In this document: positions 52,101-64,000 of the stretch, one piece after another | Layout: each line of letters opens with the position of its first letter | How positions within the stretch are numbered: position 1 is the stretch's first letter | NCBI RefSeq assembly: GCF_000150275.1 | Contig: NW_002060966.1 | Coordinates: 76,415 to 140,414 of the forward strand | Source of the DNA: Trichoplax adhaerens | Taxonomy: Eukaryota; Animalia; Placozoa | Direction of reading: 5' to 3' | Length of the DNA stretch: 64,000 nt | Notes under the pieces: model-generated | What the model saw: only the letters and a program-made list of their open reading frames with translations | Told to the model about the DNA's origin: nothing | The model's database searches: none | Translations under genes and position numbers: made by a program

Positions 52101-55100
52101 CTGACAATAAATTAGATTGTGATTTTCTAGTAAGTCTTAAAGGTCTTCCTACGTTAAACCCTATCTGCCTAAGAATACCAATTGTCTGGTATTCCAAAAA
52201 ACAATAGTGATGGGTAGAAATCACTCTCTCAATCCTTATTGCGAGTTAGGGCTACTCCTAGCTCGTAATAATAACTGTAAGAAATGTTTTGTGAAGCTTA
52301 TACTGCTAGAATATACTACGCTAGTGCCGGTTGAAAGTAGGAAGGTTTGGATAACTTAAAGAAGACCGAAAAACTCTGACGATTATGGAAATGTTTGCTA
52401 CTTCAACTAAACAATACTCGTGAAATTTTTAAATAAAGAATTCAACTGGCCAATATTATACTTTATCTTAATTTTTAGAACTTCATTCATTATCGTCTAC
52501 TTTAAAGCTGGAGCATGTGCACCGACAGTTATGGCAAACTTTCTATAGCACTAAATACCGTTTCCCTTAACTGATTGTCTACACAGGAATGATCTGCATA
52601 GTTAATTTTGCAAATTCGATAAGGTGAAAGTAAAAGCAATTGTTCTGTTACTTTCTATCTCGAAAGCAAACTTTGCCGATATTATATAAATAAATTTCTC
52701 TTTTAATTACGAAATATAAATCGCGAGTGAAATAGCAATTAGAATTTCTAGTGCAAAGTAAATTGGCAATACCATATGTTTAACTTCATGTTAGGAGATA
52801 GTTGCAAACTTCCAATGTTACTAATTGGATTTCCATCTAAATATCTAAAAGATAAATGACTGATTAGCTTGGCTAAATCAGGGTAATAATTATTGCATAC
52901 TTTTTTACAGGCGGACAACAGGCAGGATTATAACGAAACAACGGACAAGAATTAGCAGGATTACGCATTGATTCGAATAATATTATGAATCTTCATTATT
53001 TTCTTCAAAAATACCGATCTATTTAAATTAAGCCTCTGCTAATGAATTTAGTAAAAATTATTACAGAAATTTCAGATGTTTGAGAGTCCAAAAGGCTGCG
53101 GCATTTAGAACGGATATTCTATTGCTTCTTAAAGATCTGGAAGTGATAGTTAATTTGTATGATTAGTACACTAATTTGTAGCAAATAAGCCCGAAGCTAG
53201 TGAACTAAAGATGGCTGTAATAGACTTGGACTTGCGTGGCTATCACTTGATATTCTAGCAGAATATGCTTCATTCACGTTTTCAGCGAACTTTGCGATAG
53301 AATAGAACCGTATTATTATATTAATGACGAACTTACATTGTACTTAAGGAAGGATTAAATTCAAAAAGATCTCCTGAAATCATTTCAATCTGATTTTCGT
53401 CAAGGAGTCTAAAAATGAAGACTAATAGCTATAAGTTATTAATTAATTACTACTGGTTATGTACGCAATTGATTTTGGGTATGCAAGAGCATTTATTATA
53501 CAATGCGCGATTGCTAAATATAATGCGAGAAACAAACACAAAACTATGTTCCGATGATTATTTAGCTTATAATTTGTTAGCTGTGTCTTACAGAGAGTGT
53601 AAAAGAGGCATAAACTTCATTTGAGCATGACTAATCTTTCCAATTAAATTATCAACTAGTCGCCTTCCAAAATTTGTGTGAATTGATAGAATGGAGTCAT
53701 TAGTATATTAGAACTCTCAAAGATTAAATGTTAAATCTATAATTTCAAAAAATACCAACAAGGTTGTAAGAGATTGCAAATCCTGAAATGCATTCAAATC
53801 TATTTGCTCTATGTTGTGAGAGGTCAGATCTCTGAAATATTACCCGTTAAAATTCATATTTCAAATTAAAATAATTAAAATATCTGCACCAACTCTTACG
53901 ATACTTAAAAGTATAGAAGTAAAAGAATACTAAATTATATTTAGCTATTAAAGTAAAATTTCAATTTACAATGTTTTCAAACTTATCAGACCATCCAGAG
54001 TATTATTGTTCAAAGCTTTCAGGTAACCGTTAGAATAGTAACTATTGAATACATTTTATAAGTAATTAAGTAATTTAATGTACACAAGAATTGATAGTAG
54101 ATCATGCTGCTATAGTAGTAATTATCTTGTTTCTACATTACTTACAGTGAACTTAGTTGAGTAGGCAATTTAAAAATGTTTCCGTGTAGACTATTTACCT
54201 TAATGTCCTGCAAATTTCTGTAAAAAATTTATTAATTCAAATGCAATTACGTGATTCAATACTTCTTCATAATAATTTACGTTCATTTTCCTTCCGTTTC
54301 TACTAGTTAAGCGTAAGTCCGAAATATTCTGTAAATCTTATTTACATATTGCAATTAAACCATTGTAGTAATAGCAAAGGAACAATTTTAATAATTCTTT
54401 TTCTTAAATCTAAGCAGTGCCGTAAACGATGATTGTAGCTCAAAAATTAGATTATGTAAATAAATAACCTAACTTACAAATATTTCAAGTTTTCTAGGCA
54501 GGCCAAGCTATCATAAGCGATGTGAATAATTGGATTAAATTTCAAATTCCTATTAGAATAAGAAATTTAGTTGCATTTATTTAAATGAATAACTAGATAG
54601 AAATCCGCATAAATGAAATAACCATCATAGCTCTTCGAAATGGATTGTTCATATTAGCATAGAATGGTAGATGTGGTAACGGTGTGAATATAAAGCAGCA
54701 TTAGATTAATTACTTACAAGTTTTTTAGCTGAGTCAGTTTGCAGAACGTTTTGGATCGGATAGTGCTGATTGAATTCCGACTGAGACTTCTAGATGGCAA
54801 TCATATTTTTAGTTATTTTTTGAATCTTTCTTTAAGTTACAATATTCATGTATCGTTAAATAAACAGCGTTACCAGTGGCTATTACTCTACTATCTCTTC
54901 TATTACACTTTCCATCACATTATGATAAATTTGATAAATTTACTATAATAATGCTCACAAGGTTTCCAAATGATCTAAGCAATCATGGCCGGCTATCCCT
55001 ATATCAGTCAAGCTATTACCATCTAAAAGTCTATGATATTAAATTGAGAAAGCCTTAACATTATCAACAAATTATCAGCTAATATCTACAACTGTCAGCA

Positions 55101-57712
55101 TATCTTACCCTGATAATACGATATTAGAAACATTTAATAGGATGAAATCATGGATTACTCAAATTTGGTAATAATTTGAAAACATTTGCTATAAAAAAAT
55201 TATAACCACTTAAGAGTTGCTTTAGTGATAGGCTGATATTGCACTATAACAACTAAATAGTAATAATAATAAAAATTAGGCCACTAGAACTAAATATTTC
55301 GGCCTGTCAAATACTTTGCCATACTCTATCTAATAACAAGCCATTTCTGTCTTATCAAAATAATGTACTCGTATAACTGTGACACTTACAGCATCTTCAA
55401 TTGGCCCAATGAACAAAGAGCTCGAGTTGCAATTGCCGTAATGCCATTGTAGCAAAGGCTTCTATAGATATAAGAAATATATTGGGATATTCATTTAGTA
55501 AATGAAATTGCTGCTATTAAATAGTCCACCGTATTTACTCAAAATTACATGATATTTGTCAGGATTAAAACACGTAAATATCCGAATTACTTGCAGAAAC
55601 ATAATTTTAAATTAACATGTTGCAATATATAGAAAATTTTTTATCGGGTAAATTAGAAACCAGATACATTTACATTAAAACTAATAAAACAGAAACCATT
55701 CTTATTAGATATCACTTTTTATTTCGATTACCTAAAATCACACAGCATATCGTAAATTATGATTCAAAGACTGAAAATAAACTGCAATGTTAACAATTAA
55801 GCTAAGTCTTCAGAATTGGTAACTATCTGCTCTATACTTAAAGTAACGCTTAAAAATTCGATAATGTTTACCGTGAAACAGAAAATTCCTCTATTATCAT
55901 ATTGAATTATGTAAATAAGTACTTCAGTTGAAGTAATAATAAAAATTCATCTTACCAAGAGGATTCATTAAATTAATAAATAATATAATTCATGGTTATT
56001 AACATCTTATGTTACAATGAAAAAATGCGAAAACTTCAGGAATCAGAGTTTATATTATTAAATGTGAGTTCACTTCACTTTTTCAGTAAAGGTGAATCGA
56101 GTCTTACAGGGTATTTAATTGCCAAAGCTGATTAAAAGTATCATTAGCTATTTCATGAAGGTAGTTGCCATCTAAATTTCTTGAAGATAAACATGATCAA
56201 GCCAAGGAGATACATTAGTATTATTTATACATTTTAAATAAATATTTGGTAATGTCTAAGTTGCATTTTATAATCAGAAATCATTTCTGTTGTAATAAGA
56301 ATTAAGCCTACAAGTAAATTAACTTATCCAATGAGTAAAATGCTTCTTTATGAATACTTTTAACTTGATTATTTTCCAGAGATCTTATTGAAGAATAAAG
56401 AATTAGTAGAAAACTGTAATTAATTTTTATCAGTCTAATATTACGATACAATCATTTCAGTATATTGTTTGTAACAGCAGATGCTCAAGAAATTAAATCT
56501 GATTTCTATTGTTTTAGCCAAGTTTTCCTAGCTATTATGTCTAGTTTTATCAACATAATAACATTTGAAAAGATTATAAAAAATTTCGAAGCATTTGAAA
56601 AAATCATTAGGTGGATGTTAATTGTAACTTATCTTCGAAGCTTGCAAATTATTTAACTAATGTTAGACTGGAATAAAATTATCATTAGCTTATTATTAGC
56701 ACATTTTATAAGCGGTATTTAATACGATACAAGCTTTAGTTTCAGTTTGATAGCGTTAGCAGCAGAAAATAAAATTACAAAGAATGTCGAATAGTTGAAT
56801 TTGACATAATTTATAGTTAGATATATGTACATAACATTCAGGCGATCATTTATTGAACTTACAAAGACTTTAAATTTGGAAATTTGATAAAGTTGTTCCT
56901 ATAGATAACATTAATAGTCGATGAGGTAATTTTCCTAAATTCACAGAATGAATTCATTATTCTCGGATATAGGCAATTGATCCTTTGTATATCCGGCAAA
57001 TATGGCTTTTACTTTTTAAAAATACGGAAATTTTAGATTCAACTCACAGTTCAGTTACATCCAACATTTCCTTAGGTGAAGGAATGAGACTCATGTTATG
57101 ATCATGGCATAATATCCTGATTTTACTGCAGTAACATGATCGAGGACAGCAATCTAGATATAAAAGATGTACGTACGTAATTTGCTGTACAGGTATAGGA
57201 TCATTGTCAATCTACACAGAGATGATGTCAATTGTATACTTTCATAACGATCATAAACGAACATAAAATATTTTAAAGCAATAGTTATACTTGTGAGTTT
57301 GTGATATACCGGTAAAATGTTACGGTACTGCATCAATTACAATTTGCATGTCTTAAAGGTAATATTAAGTTGCTCGTTTAGCTGAATGTAAATTTATTTG
57401 TATTGACTTCATAAATGTGAATAAATTTCTGTAAAATCAATTTCACCTGCGTTAGTAAATACTTGTGCTGCAAATAAATAAGATTAATCAGAAAGTTACA
57501 AAATATAATACCGGCGAAAAATTTCTTTTACTTTAATCTTTCTTCTTCAAATAATTACATTATTTTGATTTCTTAGCTATTCTACTTGGTATTGATACAA
57601 GAGATTGAAATGGAAAGAACAAATGAGTATTACCTGTTACAACAATCAACCAAGACCATATCAGGATAATCGCCGTAACTTTTAGAAAAGTAAATTTTCT
57701 GGACATCTCCAT
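43140..57712 (-). CDS. Leucine-rich-repeat GPCR (LGR / GRL101 / RXFP-like 7TM) with ~30 small LRR exons
   Basis: Signal-peptide exon 57712-57634 (MEMSRKFTFLKVTAIILIWSWLIVVT). LRRNT exon ~57153-57047 (CCPRSCYCSKIRILC). Many ~72-nt phase-2 LRR exons, e.g. ~56180 NLDGNYLHEIANDTFNQLWQLNTL, ~55461 SLCYNGITAIATRALCSLGQLKML, ~47463 NLRNNNISNIGNLSDQKLLTL. Terminal exon 44151-43140 has hinge CC..C.P...SSCLDLI, SLLGN and LPLNATISPFIY. Not every exon was verified. Confidence 0.85.
44395..44444. other. Assembly gap (50 N; also a single N at 44360)
   Basis: Run of Ns within an intron of the LRR-GPCR. Confidence 0.99.
46642..46719. repeat. Intronic inverted repeat / hairpin
   Basis: GGCATTTTGCAAAATACCT (46653-46671) vs AGGTATTTTGTAAAATGCC (46682-46700), 18/19 complementary, enclosed by CCGGCA...TGCCGG. 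Confidence 0.75.
51754..52270 (+). mobile_element. Solo LTR, family B, in an intron of the LRR-GPCR
   Basis: TGTTACG...CGTAATA termini (terminal CA changed to TA), 5-bp TSD ATAAC (51749-51753, 52271-52275); homologous to ~365-920 in inverted orientation. Confidence 0.8.
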
Positions 57713-60621
57713 TGCAAAAGTGGCGATCTCAAATTGAAAAACTGAAGACTATAGCTGACAGACTAGCGTTCATAAATGTAAGATCTAGTAGACTGCAAGA
57801 TGTTATGTAAGCTCGATGAAATATATGTAACGTGAATATAAGTAATTAATGCCTGCTATTACTTCCTTTAAGTTAGCAGATTCAATTATTAATGTCAGTA
57901 GCAAAAAATCTCATATAGACATGATTAAAAATGAAATAATCAATATCTTTGTTAAATAGCTGAGTTTAAGTTACAATGCTTTCAAATATTATCAATAGAG
58001 AGGATAGTGATAATTAAATGGGAGGAACAATTATCTTCTGTTCTCCTTATATGTTAATAAATCTCGTAATGCTTTTCATGATGTGAAAGAATTGGATTCA
58101 ATTATTGACTATCTTTACGTTAAATAATAGTTCATTAATACGATAGTAATATAAGGCAAAACAATATTATTTCAACATAATAATAGGTAGTATTGATATA
58201 GTAAATCTAGATATTGATTGTTTAAAGCCAGTGCTAATTTCGATTTATCTATTTAAATGATAGTAATCTAATAAATAATGCAAACTTAGCTATCAAATGA
58301 AAAAATATAAATAAGGGCTAGATAACTGTAAAGGCATTTTATAGATTATAACAACGGTAGACGATTCAAAATGTAAATATGCAATACTTTAAACATGAGG
58401 GAAAGCTTGAACGAATCCGGATAATTTATATTTTTTGGGAGTTGACTCTTTATGCATTCGAAATATAGCACTCTTACTGTAAAAATTGTATATGGATTAA
58501 TAATAGTACTAATTTGTCAGTACAAAAATCAAATTATTAAAAGGGTAGTTCTTTTTAACGTCAAGTTATGTAGATTTGCAGGATCAACCACAGTAAAAAA
58601 AAATTTAAGTTTTAATGTTTTAGAAGGTTGTACGTTTGTCATAATCGAAGAAAAACAAGAGAAATAAATTAGTGAATAGTATTGTAATCTTTATTGCAGC
58701 TATTGTGAGAAGGAATCCTGTAAAACATTACAATATAGAATAAGTAAAGTAATCTAGCTAACTGAGTAACCAACGGCGCAGAACTAAATAAGTTTGAGGC
58801 ATAGATCATTAGTATATATACATATGGTGGAGAGATAGGATACATTTAGAGAACAAGACTTGTAGTATCGACAATTTTAGACAAAGTAATGTTGAAAATA
58901 TTAGCGATTTGATATTCTCTTGCAATTTTCGAAGGAATCAATGGTGATAGATTATATTATACACATTTACTACTTATGTCACATTTTCGCAACCTTTCAT
59001 ACTAAAGCTTGGGTTCATTTTTCAATCGCTTTCTAGCTGAATACTTGTAGTAAATCTTACTAATTGCGTGGGATCAAAGATATATAGTTGCAGCGCTGAA
59101 ATAGCTTCAGATTAGGCTCAAAATATCGTGTAAAAATAGTTCATGTTGTTTGCTAGACGGTAAGAAGACGAATTCATGTTTAGTTTAGCTAGTAGTTGGA
59201 ACTTGTTAGAAGGCAACTTCGTTATTGTTGAGCAGTCGATTACTTAATGTCAGAAATATGGTATTTTTCAAATGGTGCTGTAGCTGATAGATTTTTTTAT
59301 ATCGATATTTAACGCTCTTAAATATAGATACCTTTACAATCTTATTTCGCTTTATTCTAATATAGCTTGTCATGTTGAGATACCGATTGCACTTACGGTC
59401 TTCGCCATTTTCTATAATCATTTGCTATAACATAGTCTATGATGGCATATGTTGTATCTAATTATAAAGTACTATGCATTGTGGTAGTCTTACAGCTAAA
59501 AGAATTCTACTTAAATTTTGAATATAGTAAATTATGCTAGATGAATCGGTAAGTTTTAATCGAAATGATCATGCAATACCGGTAATTTATGACGAAAAAT
59601 TGCAGATAATAAGCTGGACGAAATTTGGTTCTAGCTCCTAATAATAAATTGAAATATCTCAGATAGGTAAACTACTTATTGAAATCTACTTTACTAATAC
59701 TTAGGTCCAGGTACATTTTAATGTTATAAATCAAATGACTTATAGCGGAAAGATGAATTAGATGCCAAATATGAAGATTGAAACTCTTTTGACCGGTAAG
59801 ACATTTTATGACACTTATATGCAGGACAAAGCTCACAATAAATAGTCAAAAACTGCATTATTCGACAAATCTACGTCACAAACTTTATTTCACAGTTAGA
59901 AGAAGAAAAGTTAAGGTAATTAAAGAGAATTGTAATTTGTTGATCGTTACTTTTGACGTTATACGCTTAATTAAGATGTAGAGATGACAATTTAGATCGA
60001 ATAAAATGTATTATTATCGATAACGCTTAAAAACACAGTAAAAAAGTTAATGGTCATGTCTTTATTGCAATAACTACGATCAAAGGCTAAAGAAAATCGA
60101 TTTACATGGTCATCTGTACTGGTTAGTAAATTGTTATTTATCTTTCGAAGCAGTAGGTATATGTACTTTTTCGTTACCATGTGCTGTATATCCAATCTTT
60201 TACATATTTACGAGTGTAGTAAAAGGACTAAAAGTAGAGTCCTTTGTAGTTTTTAGTATGTAATTAGTATTATTTTACTATAGAAAATACCTAGAAAGTG
60301 ATAGTGTCTTTAAGTTTTACCTTGCCAAATCATCATGTCGCCATCTTTTCTTCTTCATTATTTTACAAGGTATTATATAGATTACTATAGAAGTAGCCCT
60401 ATAGAGCAAATGCCTAATCTAAAGAAAGGGCGTTCGATCGTCTATTCAAATTGTAAAGGAATTTGACTTAGTAGCAAAACCCTATCCTTAGAGAAAGGGG
60501 ATTTATAACATGACGATAAAGTACTGTAATGTAGTCTATAATCGTACAGTTACAGTACAATCTGACGCTAAAACATCAACTGTCAATACTCGCGAATACT
60601 ACGCGATACTAATGTCAGGAA

Positions 60622-61640
60622 AGTAGTCGTAGTAGTCATATAAATTTTTTTTATAAGCGATTACTGTGATCTTTATAGAAACCGAATTTTTCCGGATTTG
60701 TGTCCGATATAGTTTTCGGATTCTGCGACCGGTCGGGTTTGTGTCCGATATAATTTTCCTGTTTTGGAACCGGTCGGGTTTATTTTTAATTTATGTCTGA
60801 ATTATAATTTTTCTGTTTTAATTTTGGATTTTTGTTCATGAAAAATATCGTAAGAGTTGATTTTTGAGATTTGGACTTTTTGTTATGAATTTGAAACTTT
60901 GCAATTTTATGACGTGACTTGAAGTCACATTAGGAGATTTAGTAAGGAAAATAGAAAAGAAGATGGAAATTGGCAGAGGTTGTGTTGATTGTTAGGTAGT
61001 TAGAATGTTGTTTTTATGACTAAATCTTTATGTTTAAAGGTTGATTTTTAGACTTTTATAGTGTATTAATGATACAAATTATGTTAGAAATGAAGTTTGA
61101 TGTATTTTTATTTTTATAGTTAATTTGTTAGTTTTGTAGTGTTTAGTAAGGGAATCGTAGGGTAAATTGTGTCTGAACGTTGAATGGTTTTTGTTTTCGT
61201 AAATGGTACAAAGTAGTTTTCTAAAACTGATCTTAAGAGCGATTGGTTAGCAAATGTTTAGTTATGAATACCTCAGACGGCTCTACGAAGCCTATAAATG
61301 ATAGTGCAATTAGAAAATTTAGAGGGAGAGTAGAAGAAGATTTTATTTGAAGAACTTGTTTAATTTAAAAGGCCTTCGGGGTCGAGTTGTCGTAAGTTAA
61401 AACGTTCTTTTTTTTGAAAGGTTTTTTGGTCGTTGACAGTTTTTAAGTCTGTCATTTATTTTAATAATACTTAAAGCTAAGTATTTGTAAGGTTATTCGG
61501 TTTATACTTCTCTCCATTTTTGTTTTGAAATAAATTGTTGTTCGGTTATTTCCCCAAATTTTATTTGGTGTCAAAGTATTAGCGTTAAGCCGACCGGAGT
61601 GCAACGAAAGTAGAATCAAAGTTTGTTAAAGTTTTGTAGC
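60622..61640. mobile_element. Strand-skewed foreign-looking insert, possibly a Polinton/Maverick terminal fragment
   Basis: Begins AGTAGTCGTAGTAGT and contains duplicated TTTGTGTCCGATATA and ACCGGTCGGGTTT units (60697-60780). Strongly G/T-rich on the + strand, unlike its flanks. No intact ORF. Confidence 0.35.
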
Positions 61641-61748
61641 TTGATCTCTACACTTGTCATTTCATTACACGAGTATTATATTTTCAAAACATTTGGGGAG
61701 ATTCCAAAGACTATCTGTTATACCAGCACCCTAAGATTTTGCCGTATA

Positions 61749-61863
61749 TGCAAGATAATGCTAATTGCAAGTTAATACTAATTGCAAGTTAATACTAATT
61801 GCAAGTTAATAGTAATTGCAAATTAATACTAATTGCAAGTTAATGCTAATTGCAAGCTAATAC
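61749..61863. repeat. 17-bp minisatellite (TGCAAGTTAATACTAAT) x ~7
   Basis: Units start at 61749, 61766, 61783, 61800, 61817, 61834 and 61851, mostly with 0-2 mismatches. Confidence 0.9.
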
Positions 61864-62103
61864 AAAATAATATGCAGATGTTACCTATTGTCTAAACTAT
61901 AAATAGGTTCAATTTAATAACATAAAGAAGTATACGTGACAAACACTAAATCTTATATATTGTTTTTCAAGTTACATAGAAATAAAAATAATTAATCCTT
62001 TACTTATGATTCAAGTTAGAATTAATAGGGACAATATAAGAGTAATGATGAATCAACATAAAGGCTTAGATATAGAAAAAAAAGTAGAGTATCAATAGGC
62101 TAA

Positions 62104-62190
62104 ATGATTAACCATTATTGCCAAGACTGATATCGTTGTAACTTATAATGATTAACTATTACTGCCAAGACTGATAGCGTTCTAACTTAC
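62104..62190. repeat. 44-bp tandem duplication upstream of the GINM1-like ATG
   Basis: ATGATTAACCATTATTGCCAAGACTGATATCGTTGTAACTTA repeated as ATGATTAACTATTACTGCCAAGACTGATAGCGTTCTAACTTA. Confidence 0.8.
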
Positions 62191-62272
62191 CAGTATTGTT
62201 GTCTTTATAAGACTGTGTGTGATTATAATTCACTTCTCATAATTCTCTACGTTTACGCTAAGTTAAAAAAAG

Positions 62273-63084
62273 ATGAAGTATTTTATTTACAGTCTTTTGA
62301 TTCTATTTTGCTTGCAGTTGCTATTATTTAGTTCTGCTAAAACTACTCCGAACTCAGTCAATAAAATACAGTCTATTCCGATTTTAATTAAAGTGCATTT
62401 ATTAAATGATAGTTCAGGACCGTTGCTCCAGGTAAAGTTTGAACTTCAAGATATTCTATACCATTGTATTACTCTTTCCATTTTCGTCGGTTTATTTCTA
62501 AATTAATGGCTTTTAGATACCTTTGAAAGTTGGCTACATCAGTGGGGTTGTCTACGTTAATGGTCAGTCTGTGACTAATGGGATAGTAACAAGGCTTCAC
62601 ATGCAAGTAACTGCAAGTAAGCCAAAAAGTAGTATAGCATTTCCTAAACGAGTACATTCTAATCTTACCTCCATGATAGATAGTGAAAAAGCTGGTCATA
62701 AGTACCAATCCAATGTTCAGATTCAAGTCAGGATTTTCGTTAGGCAATTACCTACAAGTAATCAAAATAAGTGTCGCACTGCAGTAGAAGAAGAAGTGGT
62801 GGAAGTCGATTCATATTCGGTAAGAATAACAAATAACTGCAGATTAATTGATTATTGTGTATGGTAGCTGACAAAGAGTATATTACCTTTAGGTTCAGCA
62901 ACCAATAGTCGAACAAGTCTTGCTATACGACGATTGTGCTGGACATCAAATCCAATCTACAGTTGTAAGATTAATATTGGAATACAGCAAGATATATTCG
63001 ATGCGTAAGGAGTATGATAAACATATATATGTTAGACCGAAAATGAAGGAAATCAAATCATTTTCTAAATCCCATAGCGTCTGA
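62273..63084 (+). CDS. GINM1: GINM1-like glycoprotein, 3 exons, ~217 aa with signal peptide
   Basis: Exons 62273-62431, 62517-62819 and 62893-63084 (phase 0, GT-AG). Motifs YISGVVYVNG..VTR, VRIFVRQLP, EEEVVEVD..VQQ and LEYSKIYSM resemble GINM1 (GQVYVN..GVTR, VRILV..WP, QEEVVEIDGKQVQQ, LEESMLYSI) as I recall them. Confidence 0.65.
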
Positions 63085-63446
63085 GGTGAAATTATTTCAC
63101 TAGATATTCTATGCCAATTAAGAGGGAAATCCCGTTTATGGCTAGCATCCTATTGAAAGATTAGTTTATAAACACTAGCTTGTCGATCTTTCAATAAGAT
63201 CAATCGACACTATTCTACTTATCCCTGTTATTAGCATTCAATTCAATGATTTTTGGCTTGATTGATTTTATTCAAGAGTCATGATGAAGAAAATGCTAAA
63301 GGTTTCCTATCGCTATCTGTAGTGTATTGATATTTCATGATAATTAATTAAAGCTTACGTATCCATTTCAACGTCATTGATAGTCTTGCTTATGTACACG
63401 CAAGTACCAGTTATAATATTGACTAATGTGGCAGTTTTAGAATTCA

Positions 63447-63780
63447 CTAGTGCAAACTCCCGTCGCTTTGCTGATGTCTATGGCATTTGTTGCTTTCGCC
63501 TTCTATGACGTTCACTGTAGTGTTATTGTTATCGCAAAATCCATTTTTAACACTTTGTTCATTCCATGTTACTTCATGGCAGCTTCGATGTGAGCTTCTG
63601 CAGCTAGCTGCTGTATGCCTTTCGAAAAAGAAAATGAATAAAAGCTATAAAAATGATACAATCCATTTTTACATGTCGTTGTCGTCGAGTATGATAGACG
63701 GACGTGTCCAGATTGGAGACACCGCTCTGTGTATCTTTTGCGATAAAATTCGTTGATAAAGAATACATAGAGTATCTCTT
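63447..63780 (-). CDS. Last two exons of a - strand gene continuing beyond the window (hydrophilic C-terminal tail)
   Basis: Exon 63780-63673 (RDTLCILYQRILSQKIHRAVSPIWTRPSIILDDND) and exon 63618-63447 (HTAASCRSSH...SDGSLH*) are joined in frame by a 54-nt GT-AG intron with a pyrimidine tract. Confidence 0.5.
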
Positions 63781-64000
63781 CTAGATTCAACATGGGATGT
63801 AAATTTGATCAAGGGTTACACAATCTTGATATCAATGAATCTCAACGAATTGGAAGACGTTACGATCATTAATAAATACGCATTTACGAAAAAGACGTAT
63901 TTTGATCATCAGTACTATACGTGGTTGTTACGATTTCATTTTTGAAGATTTACTTTTAGACACTGTTAGAAGAGTTTACTAGAGCTTGAGTAGTTGTTAT

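Noticed and set aside
45636-56656. Short + strand ORFs within the LRR-GPCR span
   Set aside because: Antisense to LRR exons or in AT-rich introns; chance ORFs.
61749-61863. CRISPR-like regular repeat
   Set aside because: Head-to-tail units with no unique spacers, no cas genes, eukaryotic context.

Overview
AT-rich (roughly one-third GC by eye) eukaryotic genomic DNA with short GT-AG introns and one 50-N assembly gap. Gene content (tandem intronless rhodopsin-class GPCRs, a very long LRR-GPCR, compact intron-rich genes) points to an early-branching animal, most likely a placozoan such as Trichoplax; this is inference. Left to right: (1) a + strand tandem array of four paralogous GPCR loci at 4.7-19.4 kb: two intact, one with a 1-nt frameshift, one decayed and ending at a solo LTR; (2) an unrelated frameshifted GPCR; (3) a 15-exon FAM47E-like gene missed by the ORF track; (4) an AUR1/IPC-synthase-like PAP2 phosphotransferase on the - strand; (5) a GC-rich hairpin plus a self-complementary (ACAGT/ACTGT)n satellite upstream of cathepsin A, whose CDS is intronless; (6) an intact hAT-like DDE transposase ORF with no visible TIRs; (7) a ~14.5-kb LRR-GPCR gene on the - strand; (8) a strand-skewed insert starting AGTAGT, possibly a Polinton end; (9) a GINM1-like gene and the 3' end of another - strand gene. 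Three solo LTRs have clear 5-bp TSDs, and two more are probable. The most unusual items are the fungal-type IPC-synthase homologue in an animal, the apparently domesticated transposase, and the hairpin/satellite block.
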